Shown here: positions 49,199 to 59,633 of the stretch, piece after piece
Numbering within the stretch: the stretch's first letter is position 1
Layout: each line of letters opens with the position of its first letter
Origin: Nitrospirota bacterium
GTDB taxonomy: Bacteria > Nitrospirota > UBA9217
Assembly: GCA_963845065.1 (NCBI GenBank)
Contig: CAWJQQ010000003.1
Coordinates: 96,001-160,000 of the forward strand
Length of the DNA stretch: 64,000 nt
Reading direction: 5' to 3'
Translations under genes and position numbers: made by a program
The notes under the pieces: model-generated
Database searches by the model: none
What the model saw: only the letters and a program-made list of their open reading frames with translations
What the model was told of the DNA's origin: nothing

Positions 49199-50527
49199 AT
49201 GAGTCAGGAATTGATTCATGTGATTGACCAAATCAGCAAAGAAAAGGGAATATCTAAGGAAATGGTGATCGAAGCCGTTGAGTCGGCACTCGTGAGCGCT
49301 GCCAAGAAAAAATATGGGGCCCAGCGGATAGCAGTGCAGATTGATCCAAAGCGAGGTGATATCGTCATGTACGCCTATAAAAAAGTCGTGCAGGATGTGC
49401 TGAACGCCGATGAGGAAATTACCTTGGAAGAGGCCCAGACACTCTATCCGGAAGCGCAAATGGACGGCGAGGTTCCTCTCCAGGTTGAGTTCCAGGGGTT
49501 CGGCAGGATTGCGGCACAGACAGCGCGCCAGGTCATCGTCCAGAAGGTGCGTGAGGCGGAACGCGACGTCATATTTAAGGAGTTTAACGATAAAATCGGC
49601 CAGCTTGTGAATGGCATTGTGCTCCGTCATGAGAAGGGCGCATACTACATAGATCTCGGCAAGACCGAGGCTGTTTTGCCGGCACGCGAACAGGTTCCCC
49701 GCGAGAGCTATCGGAGAGGAGACCGTGTCCGCGCCTATGTTCTCGAGGTGCGCGACACGTCGAAGGGGCCGCAAGTCGTGCTCTCCCGTGCTCATCCGGA
49801 TTTCGTTGCACGTTTGTTCGAGATGGAAGTGCCGGAAATCTATGAAAATATTGTCGAGGTAAAGGGTGTTGTCCGTGAGGCCGGTGATCGCACAAAGATA
49901 GCTGTTTCCTCCAAGGAATCTCAGGTCGATCCAGTCGGTGCCTGTGTTGGCATGAAAGGTTCGCGTGTGCAGGCTGTTGTCCGCGAACTGCGGGGCGAAA
50001 AGATCGACATTATTCCATGGTCAGAAGATCCTCGCATCTTCATCGCCAAGGCATTAAGTCCTGCCGTTGTTGAAAAGGTCGGAGTGACCGAGGAAGACCG
50101 CTCCGCTCTCGCCGTAGTAGCAGATACCCAGCTCTCACTTGCAATCGGCAAAAAAGGGCAAAATGTGAGACTCGCTGCAAAACTTACGGGTTGGAAGATC
50201 GACATCCTTAGTGAATCAGAATATGATCAGGAACGCCAGAAGGAACGCGAACAAGAAATCGAGGCCGCCATCGTCGAAGAGACACGAAAGATGGCCGAAG
50301 AAACTGAAGCAGCGGAAGGTAGTAGGAGTGCCGCGGAGTCAGGCACTGATTTGACTACCATTGAGGGAGTCGGCCACAAGACCGCGGAGCAGCTCAAGGC
50401 AGCGGGCTATGACACCGTAGAAAAGATCGCTGCTATGTCTGATGAAGAAATACTTGCGGTACCCGGCATCGGCGAAAAAACAGCACAGAAAATCCTCGTA
50501 TCTGCCCGCGCTTTGCTCGGGAAGTAA
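49199..50527 (+). CDS. nusA: Transcription factor NusA with C-terminal HhH extension
   Basis: FGRIAAQTARQVI, S1, DPVGACVG, SLAIGKKGQNVRLA, two HhH motifs. Confidence 0.96.
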   Translation: MSQELIHVIDQISKEKGISKEMVIEAVESALVSAAKKKYGAQRIAVQIDPKRGDIVMYAYKKVVQDVLNADEEITLEEAQTLYPEAQMDGEVPLQVEFQGFGRIAAQTARQVIVQKVREAERDVIFKEFNDKIGQLVNGIVLRHEKGAYYIDLGKTEAVLPAREQVPRESYRRGDRVRAYVLEVRDTSKGPQVVLSRAHPDFVARLFEMEVPEIYENIVEVKGVVREAGDRTKIAVSSKESQVDPVGACVGMKGSRVQAVVRELRGEKIDIIPWSEDPRIFIAKALSPAVVEKVGVTEEDRSALAVVADTQLSLAIGKKGQNVRLAAKLTGWKIDILSESEYDQERQKEREQEIEAAIVEETRKMAEETEAAEGSRSAAESGTDLTTIEGVGHKTAEQLKAAGYDTVEKIAAMSDEEILAVPGIGEKTAQKILVSARALLGK

Positions 50528-50549
50528 AAGGTATCATGACCACTGCAAT

Positions 50550-51131
50550 ATGAGACATCTACCGGAACGAACCTGCATCGGCTGCAAAAGGGTTCTTAAA
50601 AAAGAAGACGTGGTTAGGATCATTGCCGACCGTGAGGGCGTTGTAATCGACTATCGTGAAAAATTAAATGGCCGCGCAGCTTATGTGTGCCCGAAGGCGG
50701 AGTGCATAAAAAAAGCACTCACGAATGAAGCCTTGGGGAGGTCCTTACGAATTAAACTTCGTCCTCCGGAACCAGAAGTTTTTTTGGCAAAGCTGACGAT
50801 TTGTATCACGGAAAAAATCAAGTCGCTGCTAGCTATCTCACTGAAGGCCGGGAAACTTGCGGTGGGATATTCAGCAGTACAGGATGCTCTCCAGAAAGGT
50901 CGTGTGGAACTCCTGCTTTATGCACAAGACTTATCAAAGGGAACGAAGGAGAAGATTGCTATGCCGGAGAAGAATTCTATCCGCTGCGTGACTCTTTTTA
51001 CACGCGATGAATTCGGAAGCATTCTCTACCGTGATCTAATCGGAGTCGTTGCGATACTCGATAAAGGGCTTGCAGATGCGCTCTGGAATGAGACACAAAG
51101 ATTAAAAAGCTTGATAATTCTCAATGATTAG
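50550..51131 (+). CDS. YlxR/RnpM (DUF448) fused to an L7Ae-like (YlxQ) domain
   Basis: PERTCIGC...GRAAYVCPKAECI, then LLAISLKAGKLAVG...LYAQDLS. Confidence 0.85.
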   Translation: MRHLPERTCIGCKRVLKKEDVVRIIADREGVVIDYREKLNGRAAYVCPKAECIKKALTNEALGRSLRIKLRPPEPEVFLAKLTICITEKIKSLLAISLKAGKLAVGYSAVQDALQKGRVELLLYAQDLSKGTKEKIAMPEKNSIRCVTLFTRDEFGSILYRDLIGVVAILDKGLADALWNETQRLKSLIILND

Positions 51132-51391
51132 AGTAAAATATTATATTCATTTATTCAGCAATTTACGAAAAATACATGTTTGCTCTGTGTTTTGACACAG
51201 GGATGAATGATATCCTTGCCAGGGGTTTATAGGGCGGCAACGAAGCCACCTTAATCCTACAAGTTCAGCGGCGTAGACGTAGTCTGCATTGCTTCTTTTT
51301 ATGCCTTGCTAGCATGCCCCGCGTTTTGACGCGAGGTCCTTGACTGAATGCTGTTGTTGAGTGCTGAGAAATACCGGGGGGATGAGATTTT

Positions 51392-53953
51392 ATGACCGTG
51401 ATCAGGGTACATGAGTTGGCAAAAAAAATGGGAGTCGAGAGCAAGGACCTTGTTTTGGTGCTCGAAAAGATGGGCATCAAAGGGAAAACTGCGTCCAGCG
51501 GACTCGACGACCAAGAGACGAAATCCCTGATCGAGAAACTAAAGGCCGTTCGCAAGGAAAAAGAAAAAGAGAAGACAAAAAAAGAACCCGTTGATCCGCT
51601 TCTTTCGAAGGAAGAAAGATTAAAAAAAGCAGCTGCATTGATTGGGAAATTTTCATCCACACTGGAGAAACCCGGAACTAAAGCGAAGCCCGCGCCCATT
51701 CCACCTCCTAAGCCAGAAATGCCGGCTCCGCCGCTCATTCCACCGCCAAGCCAAGCAAAACCGGCTCAACCGATTCAATCAGAAGAGTATACAGTAATAC
51801 CGCCTGCTCAGGCAGCTCCGATACAAACGCACCAGATGGAACGGACCCGTCCTACTGCACCTCCAACTCGGGTTCAGCAGCCCATGGGCAGACCGGGGGG
51901 AGGTGCCCCCCAGCGCCCTGCCACGAGGACTTTTTCAAAACCGACTTTCGGTTCGCCTGTCTTGGAGCCCTCGCAGGTTCCTCCTTCGCTAGCTCCTGCT
52001 CCAGCTAAGCCGACAAAGAAAAAATGGCAAAAGAAACAGACCGACTATGAACAGAAGAAGGAGCGGGAATTCAGGGAAAAACCATCTTTCAAGAAGCTTC
52101 CTGACCTGAAAACGCTACCTATTGGCAAAAAACCGCATAAGAAGGACGACAGACACAGTGGACCACAAACCGAAGCAGCAGAGATCACCAAGCCACGGAA
52201 AAAGGTAGTTAAAATCCAGGAAGGCTGCACTATCAAAGAATTTGCCGAGATCATGGGCCAGAAAGTTGGAGACGTCATCAAGAAGCTCATGCTCGTGGGC
52301 ATTATGGCGACTCAGAACCAGCTTATGGATATGGATGCGGCAATATTGATGGCTGAAGAATACGGCTTCAAGATAGAGATCGCGGGCATTGAGTCTGCCG
52401 AAGATGTCCTTGAGCAGGTTGCAGATGCAGCCGAGACTATGGTCGCAAGACCTCCAGTAGTCACGATCATGGGGCATGTCGACCATGGAAAGACATCCCT
52501 GCTCGATGCAATCCGGGAAACCAATGTTGTTTCGAGAGAAGCGGGTGGCATTACTCAGCATATCGGCGCCTACCAAGTCACTTTGAAAGGAAGGGATATT
52601 ACTTTTCTTGACACGCCGGGCCATGCAGCGTTCACTGCCATGCGGGCACGCGGCGCACAGGTGACGGATATTGTTATTTTAGTTGTTGCCGCGGACGATG
52701 GCGTGATGCCGCAGACGCGTGAGGCGATAAGTCACGCAAAGGCAGCGGGTGTTCCAATCATCGTGGCTATAAACAAAATTGACAAACCGGAAGCTAAGCC
52801 AGATCGGGTGAAACAGGAACTTTCGGAGTTCGAACTCATTCCGGAAGAATGGGGTGGCCAGACGATTTTCTGCGAGGTTTCGGCCAAGAAGAAGATAGGG
52901 CTCGAGCATCTACTTGAGATGATACTTATCCAGGCCGATGTACTTGAACTCAAGGCAAATCCTAACAAGATGGCACGGGGTACCATTATTGAGGCCAAAC
53001 TTGACAAGGGCAGGGGCCCGGTTGCTACAGTGTTGGTGCAATCCGGTACCTTGAAAGTCGGAGATATCTTTGTAACAGGAATGCAGTTTGGCAGGGTTCG
53101 GGCGCTTATTAACGACAAGGGCGAACGGATCGAGCAAGCAGGACCATCGGCACCGGCCGAAGTTATCGGGTTTTCTGGTGTACCTCTAGCGGGTGACCGG
53201 TTTATGGTCCTCGAAGAAGAGAGAAAAGCGCGTTTGATTGCCGAGACACGCCAGACTAAACAACGGACGGTCGAGATGGCCGGCATGAAGAAGGTTACCC
53301 TGGAAGACCTGCATACCCAGATACAGGAGGGTATGGTTAAGGAGCTCAACATCGTGATCAAAGCCGACGTGTCAGGTTCTGCTGGCGCGATTGTAGATTC
53401 GCTCGAAAAATTATCAACGGCGGCAGTGAAACTACGGGTCATACATAGCTCTGTGGGTGCCATAACCGAGACCGATGTGATGCTCGCAGCTGCATCGAAC
53501 GCTATCATTATCGGCTTTAGCGTCCGCCCGGAACCTAAAGCTACAGAACTCGCTCAGCGCGAAGGTGTGGACATCCGGCTGTATAATATTATCTATAATG
53601 CGATAGATGATATCAAAGCGGCCATGGAGGGTCTGCTCGAACCGACGTTGAAAGAGCGCGTTCTGGGCCGTGCGGAAGTCCGTCAAACCTTCCACGTTTC
53701 GAAGATCGGTACCATCGCCGGTTCTTACGTCATTGACGGTACTATGTCGAGGCAAAACGACGGCGTGCGGGTGCTCAGGGACAATGTGCTGGTCTACGAA
53801 GGGAAACTTCATTCTTTGAAGCGGTTCAAAGATGACGTTCGTGAAGTCCAAGTGGGCTATGAATGTGGCATTGGCGTCGAGAATTTTAACGACATTAAGG
53901 TGGGAGACGTTATCGAAGCGTATGTCATCGACAGGGTCGCAGCCAAATTGTAA
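51392..53953 (+). CDS. infB: Translation initiation factor IF-2
   Basis: IRVHELAK, Pro-rich linker, [26 protein letters not shown]. Confidence 0.97.
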   Translation: MTVIRVHELAKKMGVESKDLVLVLEKMGIKGKTASSGLDDQETKSLIEKLKAVRKEKEKEKTKKEPVDPLLSKEERLKKAAALIGKFSSTLEKPGTKAKPAPIPPPKPEMPAPPLIPPPSQAKPAQPIQSEEYTVIPPAQAAPIQTHQMERTRPTAPPTRVQQPMGRPGGGAPQRPATRTFSKPTFGSPVLEPSQVPPSLAPAPAKPTKKKWQKKQTDYEQKKEREFREKPSFKKLPDLKTLPIGKKPHKKDDRHSGPQTEAAEITKPRKKVVKIQEGCTIKEFAEIMGQKVGDVIKKLMLVGIMATQNQLMDMDAAILMAEEYGFKIEIAGIESAEDVLEQVADAAETMVARPPVVTIMGHVDHGKTSLLDAIRETNVVSREAGGITQHIGAYQVTLKGRDITFLDTPGHAAFTAMRARGAQVTDIVILVVAADDGVMPQTREAISHAKAAGVPIIVAINKIDKPEAKPDRVKQELSEFELIPEEWGGQTIFCEVSAKKKIGLEHLLEMILIQADVLELKANPNKMARGTIIEAKLDKGRGPVATVLVQSGTLKVGDIFVTGMQFGRVRALINDKGERIEQAGPSAPAEVIGFSGVPLAGDRFMVLEEERKARLIAETRQTKQRTVEMAGMKKVTLEDLHTQIQEGMVKELNIVIKADVSGSAGAIVDSLEKLSTAAVKLRVIHSSVGAITETDVMLAAASNAIIIGFSVRPEPKATELAQREGVDIRLYNIIYNAIDDIKAAMEGLLEPTLKERVLGRAEVRQTFHVSKIGTIAGSYVIDGTMSRQNDGVRVLRDNVLVYEGKLHSLKRFKDDVREVQVGYECGIGVENFNDIKVGDVIEAYVIDRVAAKL

Positions 53954-54055
53954 CTGTACTCATCATTTAGCTGCACTTAATGTGAGGTACAGGGATTGCG
54001 TTTGTAGCATTGAATGCATATGCAGTCTTTGTGTAATCTATGGTAAATATGAGTT

Positions 54056-54337
54056 ATGTTCATCGGGGTTTGTACGATAGTATTACATGTTCCTGAAAGC
54101 GGTTCGCTCAAAACCAAGAGACATTCGATTCGCAGCCTAAAGGATCGGATTCGGAATAAGTTTAATGTATCCGTGGCTGAAATTGATGATAATGATCTCT
54201 GGCAAAAAGCGTCCCTGGCAGTAGCTGCTGTTAGTAACGACAAAGCCCACCTTAACCAGACACTGGATCATGTATTGAACATGGTTCGTGGTGTCCCGGA
54301 AATAGATCTTCTGGATTTTTATATCGAGATAATGTAA
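54056..54337 (+). CDS. DUF503 (YlxP) family protein
   Basis: SLKTKRHSIRSLKDRIRNKFNVSVAE...DLWQ; usual position between infB and rbfA. Confidence 0.9.
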   Translation: MFIGVCTIVLHVPESGSLKTKRHSIRSLKDRIRNKFNVSVAEIDDNDLWQKASLAVAAVSNDKAHLNQTLDHVLNMVRGVPEIDLLDFYIEIM

Positions 54338-54431
54338 AGGCAGATGACAGGTCAGATGACAGAGAACAGGTCGAAGCGATGCAAAAAAGTCTGCTCTCCG
54401 ATAGTCGGCCTTCGATTGTCTGATATTCATC

Positions 54432-54806
54432 ATGTCTAAACCGACATTTAAACGTTCAGAACGTGTTAGCGATCAGATTAAGCATGAGATAGCGGATATT
54501 CTGATGCGCAAGATCAAAGATCCACGCATCGGCTTCGTCACCGTCATCGATGTTGAAATTGCAGATGATCTCAAGAACGCAAAAGTATTTATCAGCGTGT
54601 ATGGCGGGGATAAACAGGAATCGCTCAAAGGGCTTAAGAGCGCCACACCGTTCATTAGATCAGAACTCGGCAGGCGCTTGCGTATGAAGTTTATCCCGGA
54701 ACTTCTCTTCAGATATGACAGCACCATTGAACGAGGTGCGCATATCATGGAACTGCTACGAAGCATTGAGGAAGGGAAAGAAAAAAAGGATCCGTCAAAT
54801 GAGTGA
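54432..54806 (+). CDS. rbfA: Ribosome-binding factor A
   Basis: RSERVSDQI, IKDPRIG, DLKNAKVF, PELLFRYD. Confidence 0.95.
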   Translation: MSKPTFKRSERVSDQIKHEIADILMRKIKDPRIGFVTVIDVEIADDLKNAKVFISVYGGDKQESLKGLKSATPFIRSELGRRLRMKFIPELLFRYDSTIERGAHIMELLRSIEEGKEKKDPSNE

Positions 54807-55800
54807 TCCTATTCGTATAGCAGAAACAATAAGAGGATGCAGCAGGATTCTTATTTCCGCACATAAAAGCCCGGATGGTGACACCCTCGGGTCACAGTTG
54901 GCACTATTGCTCGCACTGGGGAAAATGCACAAAACCGTGACTGCGCACAATCTCGACCCAGTACCTGAGATTTATCAATTTCTGCCACATGCCGACAGGA
55001 TCAAAACGGGCTTGCCCGTGCAGGGCCGCTATGATGCCTATATTGTCATTGATGCGGACCCGCCCCGCACCGGTCTTTTTGATAAGCAGTATCCAGCTGA
55101 TATCTTGATCAATATTGATCATCATATCACAAACTCTCGTGAATGGCCCTTGACGTGGCTCGATCCCGACGCGTCAGCATGCGGGGAGATGATCTATAAA
55201 CTCATTCAAGTGCTCGGTGTACCCATCGATCGCGATATCGCGCTCTGTCTTTATACCGCTATTTTTACCGACACAGGGTCATTCCGGTATTCCAATACAA
55301 CACCCGAGAGCATGAAAATAGCCGCTGAAATGCTTGAGGCTGGGGCAGACCCCTGGATCGTCACGGAAAATGTTTACGAATCCTTTGCTTATAGGAGGTT
55401 AAAGCTTCTGGGGGCGGTTCTTGCAGGTATGGAACGGAGCGGTGACGGCATGATAGCTTGGGTAGTGGTTAGCGATGAACTGTATCATCAGACTGGAACC
55501 ACGGCGGAGGACACTGATAGTTTTATCAATTTTGTCCGCTCCGTCAAGGGTATAGAAGTTGCGGTTCTTTTTCGGCAGACGGGAGAATCTCAGTACAAAC
55601 TGAGCTTGCGTTCCAAAGGGCGTATTGACCTTTCCGGTCTAGCTCAATCATTTGGTGGTGGAGGGCACAAGAATGCCGCTGGAGGCGTAATGAACGGCAC
55701 ACTTGAAGAAGTAAAAAGGACAGTCTTAAACAGCTTATCATTAGCCATTAGGGCTCAACTCATCGAAAAAGGGGTTAATCTCGATGGACGGCGTTGTTAA
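54799..55800 (+). CDS. nrnA: DHH/DHHA1 oligoribonuclease / PAP phosphatase
   Basis: HKSPDGD, NIDHH, TDTGSFRY, SLRSK, GGGGHKNAAG. Confidence 0.92.
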   Translation: MSDPIRIAETIRGCSRILISAHKSPDGDTLGSQLALLLALGKMHKTVTAHNLDPVPEIYQFLPHADRIKTGLPVQGRYDAYIVIDADPPRTGLFDKQYPADILINIDHHITNSREWPLTWLDPDASACGEMIYKLIQVLGVPIDRDIALCLYTAIFTDTGSFRYSNTTPESMKIAAEMLEAGADPWIVTENVYESFAYRRLKLLGAVLAGMERSGDGMIAWVVVSDELYHQTGTTAEDTDSFINFVRSVKGIEVAVLFRQTGESQYKLSLRSKGRIDLSGLAQSFGGGGHKNAAGGVMNGTLEEVKRTVLNSLSLAIRAQLIEKGVNLDGRRC

Positions 55801-56665
55801 TATCCATAAACCGCAAGGAATGACATCGCACGATGTGGTGCAAAAAGTCCGCTCGATCCTCAAGGAAAAAAGGATCGGCCATACGGGAACGCTTGACCCG
55901 CTTGCAACTGGTGTGCTTGTTCTTTGTGTAGGGAAAGCTACAAGGATAGCCCAGTATCTCGTAACTGGAGAAAAAGAATACCAAGCAGTAATGCGTCTCG
56001 GCATAAAAACTGATACACTAGATGCCGAAGGGCGCGTTTTGAAAACGCAGTCCTATGCTCCTCCATCAAGAGAAACAATTCTCGAAGCTCTCAAAAGGTT
56101 TACTGGCGCAATCATGCAGCAGCCCCCTGCTTACTCGGCGGTGAAGGTAGCGGGAGTGCCGTCCTATAAACTTGCCAGAGAAGGAAAGGCGGAACCACTA
56201 AAACCCCGGCAGGTTAAGATATACCAGATTGTGTTGACGGCGTACGATAATCCATACGTGAGTTTCACTGTAAGATGCTCAAAGGGTGTGTACATACGAA
56301 CGCTGTGCGCGGATATCGGGGAAATGCTTGGCATGGGTTCGCACCTTACAGGACTTGTGAGAACTCGTTCCGGTCGGTTCATCATTGAACACTCTGTTAC
56401 ACTAGAAAAGCTTGCGGAAATGGCGGTTGCGTCTCTTACAGAACAGGCTCTTATTTCGACCAATGAAGCGCTTGCTGAATTTCCTATGGTTCTAATCAGC
56501 GAGACAGAATCAGCCAGGATAATGCACGGAAACCAAGTCCCCTGTCCTGGTTATCTTGCAAATAACGCGAGCGATCTCGTCAGAATTCAAGATTGTGGCG
56601 GTAGGCTGCTAGCACTTGCGCGGGTCGCTGCAGGGGTGTTAAGACCGGAGCTTGTTTTTTCTTAA
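55784..56665 (+). CDS. truB: tRNA pseudouridine(55) synthase
   Basis: KPQGMTSHDVV, GHTGTLDPLATGVL, PPAYSAVK, CSKGVYIRTL. Confidence 0.96.
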   Translation: MDGVVNIHKPQGMTSHDVVQKVRSILKEKRIGHTGTLDPLATGVLVLCVGKATRIAQYLVTGEKEYQAVMRLGIKTDTLDAEGRVLKTQSYAPPSRETILEALKRFTGAIMQQPPAYSAVKVAGVPSYKLAREGKAEPLKPRQVKIYQIVLTAYDNPYVSFTVRCSKGVYIRTLCADIGEMLGMGSHLTGLVRTRSGRFIIEHSVTLEKLAEMAVASLTEQALISTNEALAEFPMVLISETESARIMHGNQVPCPGYLANNASDLVRIQDCGGRLLALARVAAGVLRPELVFS

Positions 56666-57138
56666 GGCAGTGAATGCTCCCGCACCAAATATTGGCTGGG
56701 TCTCCAAAAAGGTGGTTCCCTTATTAGGGGATAGCCGACCGTTTGGAAAATGCAGTGTCACTTAAGAGAGGTTCCTTTCACAAACTTGGCAGTGATTAGC
56801 ATGTTGAATGGTTGCAAGATACCATCTTGGCACCCATGCAAAATCACAGATCAGATTAGTCATATCGCGCTATGGGAATCAGTTTTACAACACCACCTAA
56901 TATCTGGTGTCAACTCCATACTGATTGTCAAAGAACTAATTTCTTTTTTAGCAAATTGCTACTGGTTGTCAAGTGTTCAGTTGCCCTAGATAACAAAAGC
57001 ACCAATTTATCGATGACCAATACGTAGTTTGGCGGGAGTCTTCTTGACCATGCAAGATAAATAAATAGCTTTACAACATGCTGTAAATATGATATTTTAT
57101 CTCGCTTTAGACACATCTTAAGAAAGGAGGGTGCGGTT

Positions 57139-57402
57139 ATGGATAAAGAACAGAAAACCAGCGTGATCAGTACCTATCGCAGGCACGCAACGGACACGGG
57201 TTCTCCAGAAGTACAGATAGCGCTTTTAAGCGGGCGCATCAGTCACCTGACGGAACACTTGCAGGCACACAAACATGACCACCATTCACGGAGAGGTCTC
57301 CTTAAAATGGTAGGCCAGCGGCGTCGCCATCTGGACTATTTGAAGAAAAACGATCTAGACCGTTACCGTCAGGTCATAGACCAGCTCGGTATACGCAAAT
57401 AA
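57139..57402 (+). CDS. rpsO: 30S ribosomal protein S15
   Basis: [32 protein letters not shown]. Confidence 0.97.
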   Translation: MDKEQKTSVISTYRRHATDTGSPEVQIALLSGRISHLTEHLQAHKHDHHSRRGLLKMVGQRRRHLDYLKKNDLDRYRQVIDQLGIRK

Positions 57403-57433
57403 TATTACACTATCAATAGAAAAGTGAGGTTTC

Positions 57434-59527
57434 ATGGTAACAACTGTAGAGACAGAAATAGGTGGCAAGCGATTTATTCTGGAAACGGGATTAATGGCCA
57501 AACAGGCAGGTGGTGCTGTTGTAGCTAAGTTTGGTGATACCGTTGTCCTTTCAACAGCCGTTGCATCGAAGGTTGAACGGGAGAATGTTGATTTTCTCCC
57601 GTTGACCGTGGACTATCAGGAAAAAGCTTATGCTGCCGGAAGGATTCCGGGCGGTTTTTTTAAGCGTGAAGGACGGCAGACGGAAAAGGAAATCCTAACT
57701 TCAAGGTTGATAGATCGGCCGATCAGACCTTTGTTTCCTGATGGCTATTACTATGATACGCAGATAATCGCGTCAGTGCTTTCGATCGGTGATGAAAGCT
57801 CCATGGATCTGATGGGGATGATTGCATCATCTGCAGCGATTGCCATATCAGATATCCCGTTTAACGGGCCTATCGGGGCAGTACGGATCGGTTTTGTAGA
57901 TGACAAATTTATCATCAATCCCGGGCAGAAGGAGCTTGAGACGACACGTCTTAACCTCGTTGTTGCGGGAACAGCTGATGCCATCATGATGGTGGAAGGC
58001 GGGGCTGCAGAGCTGACTGAGAACCAGATGCTTGAAGCGCTTGAAACCGCTCACCGCGAGATCAAGAAGCTTGTTAGCCTCCAGAACGAGTTGGTTTCCA
58101 AGATTGGTAAGCCGAAAAGGGTCGTTAAGACGGTTGAGATTGATAAAGTCCTTGCACAGAAAGTGGCTGAAATGGCAATGGACCGCTTGCAGGTCGCCAT
58201 AGTCATTCCGAACAAGATGGAAAGGCAGAAGACCCTCGATGTTCTGCTCGACGATATTAAGCAAAAACTCAAAAAAGAAGACGATCCCACGTGGAACCGT
58301 CAGATTTCGACAATCTTTCTTAATATCGAGAAAGATGAAGTGCGCAAAATCATTCTTGAAAAAAATGTGCGCGCTGATGGCAGAAAACCTGAGGAGATAA
58401 GACCAATCAGCTCTACGGTGGGACTCCTGCCGCGCACGCACGGCTCAGCGCTCTTTACCCGTGGCGAAACCCAGGCTCTGGTCGTTGCCACCCTCGGCAC
58501 TTCCGAGGATGAACAGCGGATTGATTCGCTCGAAGGTGAATATTTCAAGACATTTATGTTGCACTATAATTTTCCACCCTTTAGCGTAGGTGAGACAAAA
58601 CCATTGCGGGGACCAGGCAGACGGGAAGTTGGGCACGGGGCACTTGCAGAGCGGGCTCTTAAAGCAATGGTTCCCTCTAAGCTAGAATTCCCCTATACTA
58701 TACGGCTTGTATCAGATATTCTCGAATCCAATGGTTCTTCGTCGATGGCCACGGTCTGTGGAGGGACACTTGCTCTAATGGATGCTGGCGTTCCAATCAA
58801 AGCGCCCGTCGCTGGAATTGCCATGGGGCTTATCAAGGAAGGGGACAAGGTGATAGTACTTTCTGACATCCTCGGTCTTGAAGACCACCTCGGCGATATG
58901 GACTTTAAGGTTACTGGTACGAGTAAGGGTATAACCGCTCTTCAAATGGACATGAAAATCGAAGGTATCACGATCGAGGTCATGCGCCGCGCTCTTCAGC
59001 AGGCAAAGGACGGGCGTATGCATATCCTGGGAAAGATGCTTGAGACGCTTTCCTCGCCGCGGACGAACCTCAATCCTTTTGCACCTCGCATCATCACCAT
59101 GCAGATTAACCCTGACAAAATCAAGGATGTGATTGGCAGTGGCGGTAAGGTAATTAGAAGTATTGTAGAGCAAACGGGAGCCAAGATTGATATCGAAGAC
59201 AGTGGCGTGATTAACATCGCTTCAGCAGACGAAGCTGCAGCGAACAAGGCCAAGGAAATCATCCGGGGCATTATCCAGGAAGCCGAAGTTGGAAAGCTCT
59301 ATATGGGCAAGGTGCGGAAGATCATGGACTTTGGTGCGTTTGTGGAAATATTCCCTGGTACCGATGGGCTACTCCACATCTCGCAGATCTCCGATAGGAG
59401 GCTTGAAAAAGTAACTGACGAGCTGAAAGAAGGAGACGAGGTCCTCGTGAAAGTGCTAGAAATAGACCGGCAGGGCAAGATTCGTCTTTCCCGGAAAGAA
59501 GCAATGCGTGAAAAAGGAAAGACGTAA
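57434..59527 (+). CDS. pnp: Polyribonucleotide nucleotidyltransferase
   Basis: DFLPLTVDY, SRLIDRPIRP, GRREVGHG, ESNGSSSMA, DMDFKV, KH and S1 domains. Confidence 0.97.
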   Translation: MVTTVETEIGGKRFILETGLMAKQAGGAVVAKFGDTVVLSTAVASKVERENVDFLPLTVDYQEKAYAAGRIPGGFFKREGRQTEKEILTSRLIDRPIRPLFPDGYYYDTQIIASVLSIGDESSMDLMGMIASSAAIAISDIPFNGPIGAVRIGFVDDKFIINPGQKELETTRLNLVVAGTADAIMMVEGGAAELTENQMLEALETAHREIKKLVSLQNELVSKIGKPKRVVKTVEIDKVLAQKVAEMAMDRLQVAIVIPNKMERQKTLDVLLDDIKQKLKKEDDPTWNRQISTIFLNIEKDEVRKIILEKNVRADGRKPEEIRPISSTVGLLPRTHGSALFTRGETQALVVATLGTSEDEQRIDSLEGEYFKTFMLHYNFPPFSVGETKPLRGPGRREVGHGALAERALKAMVPSKLEFPYTIRLVSDILESNGSSSMATVCGGTLALMDAGVPIKAPVAGIAMGLIKEGDKVIVLSDILGLEDHLGDMDFKVTGTSKGITALQMDMKIEGITIEVMRRALQQAKDGRMHILGKMLETLSSPRTNLNPFAPRIITMQINPDKIKDVIGSGGKVIRSIVEQTGAKIDIEDSGVINIASADEAAANKAKEIIRGIIQEAEVGKLYMGKVRKIMDFGAFVEIFPGTDGLLHISQISDRRLEKVTDELKEGDEVLVKVLEIDRQGKIRLSRKEAMREKGKT

Positions 59528-59565
59528 TAGAATCAACTGTTGATGTGATCATGCCTGTGACGAAG

Positions 59566-59612
59566 AGGAAGTAGGACGGTAAATTATTAACCCTATTTCC
59601 TTTTTTGTTTTT
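59566..59612 (+). terminator. Possible intrinsic terminator after pnp
   Basis: AGGAAGTAGG (59566-59575) pairs with CCTATTTCCT (59592-59601), followed by a T-rich tract. Confidence 0.5.
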
Positions 59613-59633
59613 AACGGATGGGAGGAAACAAGA

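Noticed and set aside
51212..51383. 6S RNA
   Set aside because: Size and end pairing are suggestive, but no clear central bubble or 6S motifs, and it overlaps the infB SD; kept only as a leader candidate.
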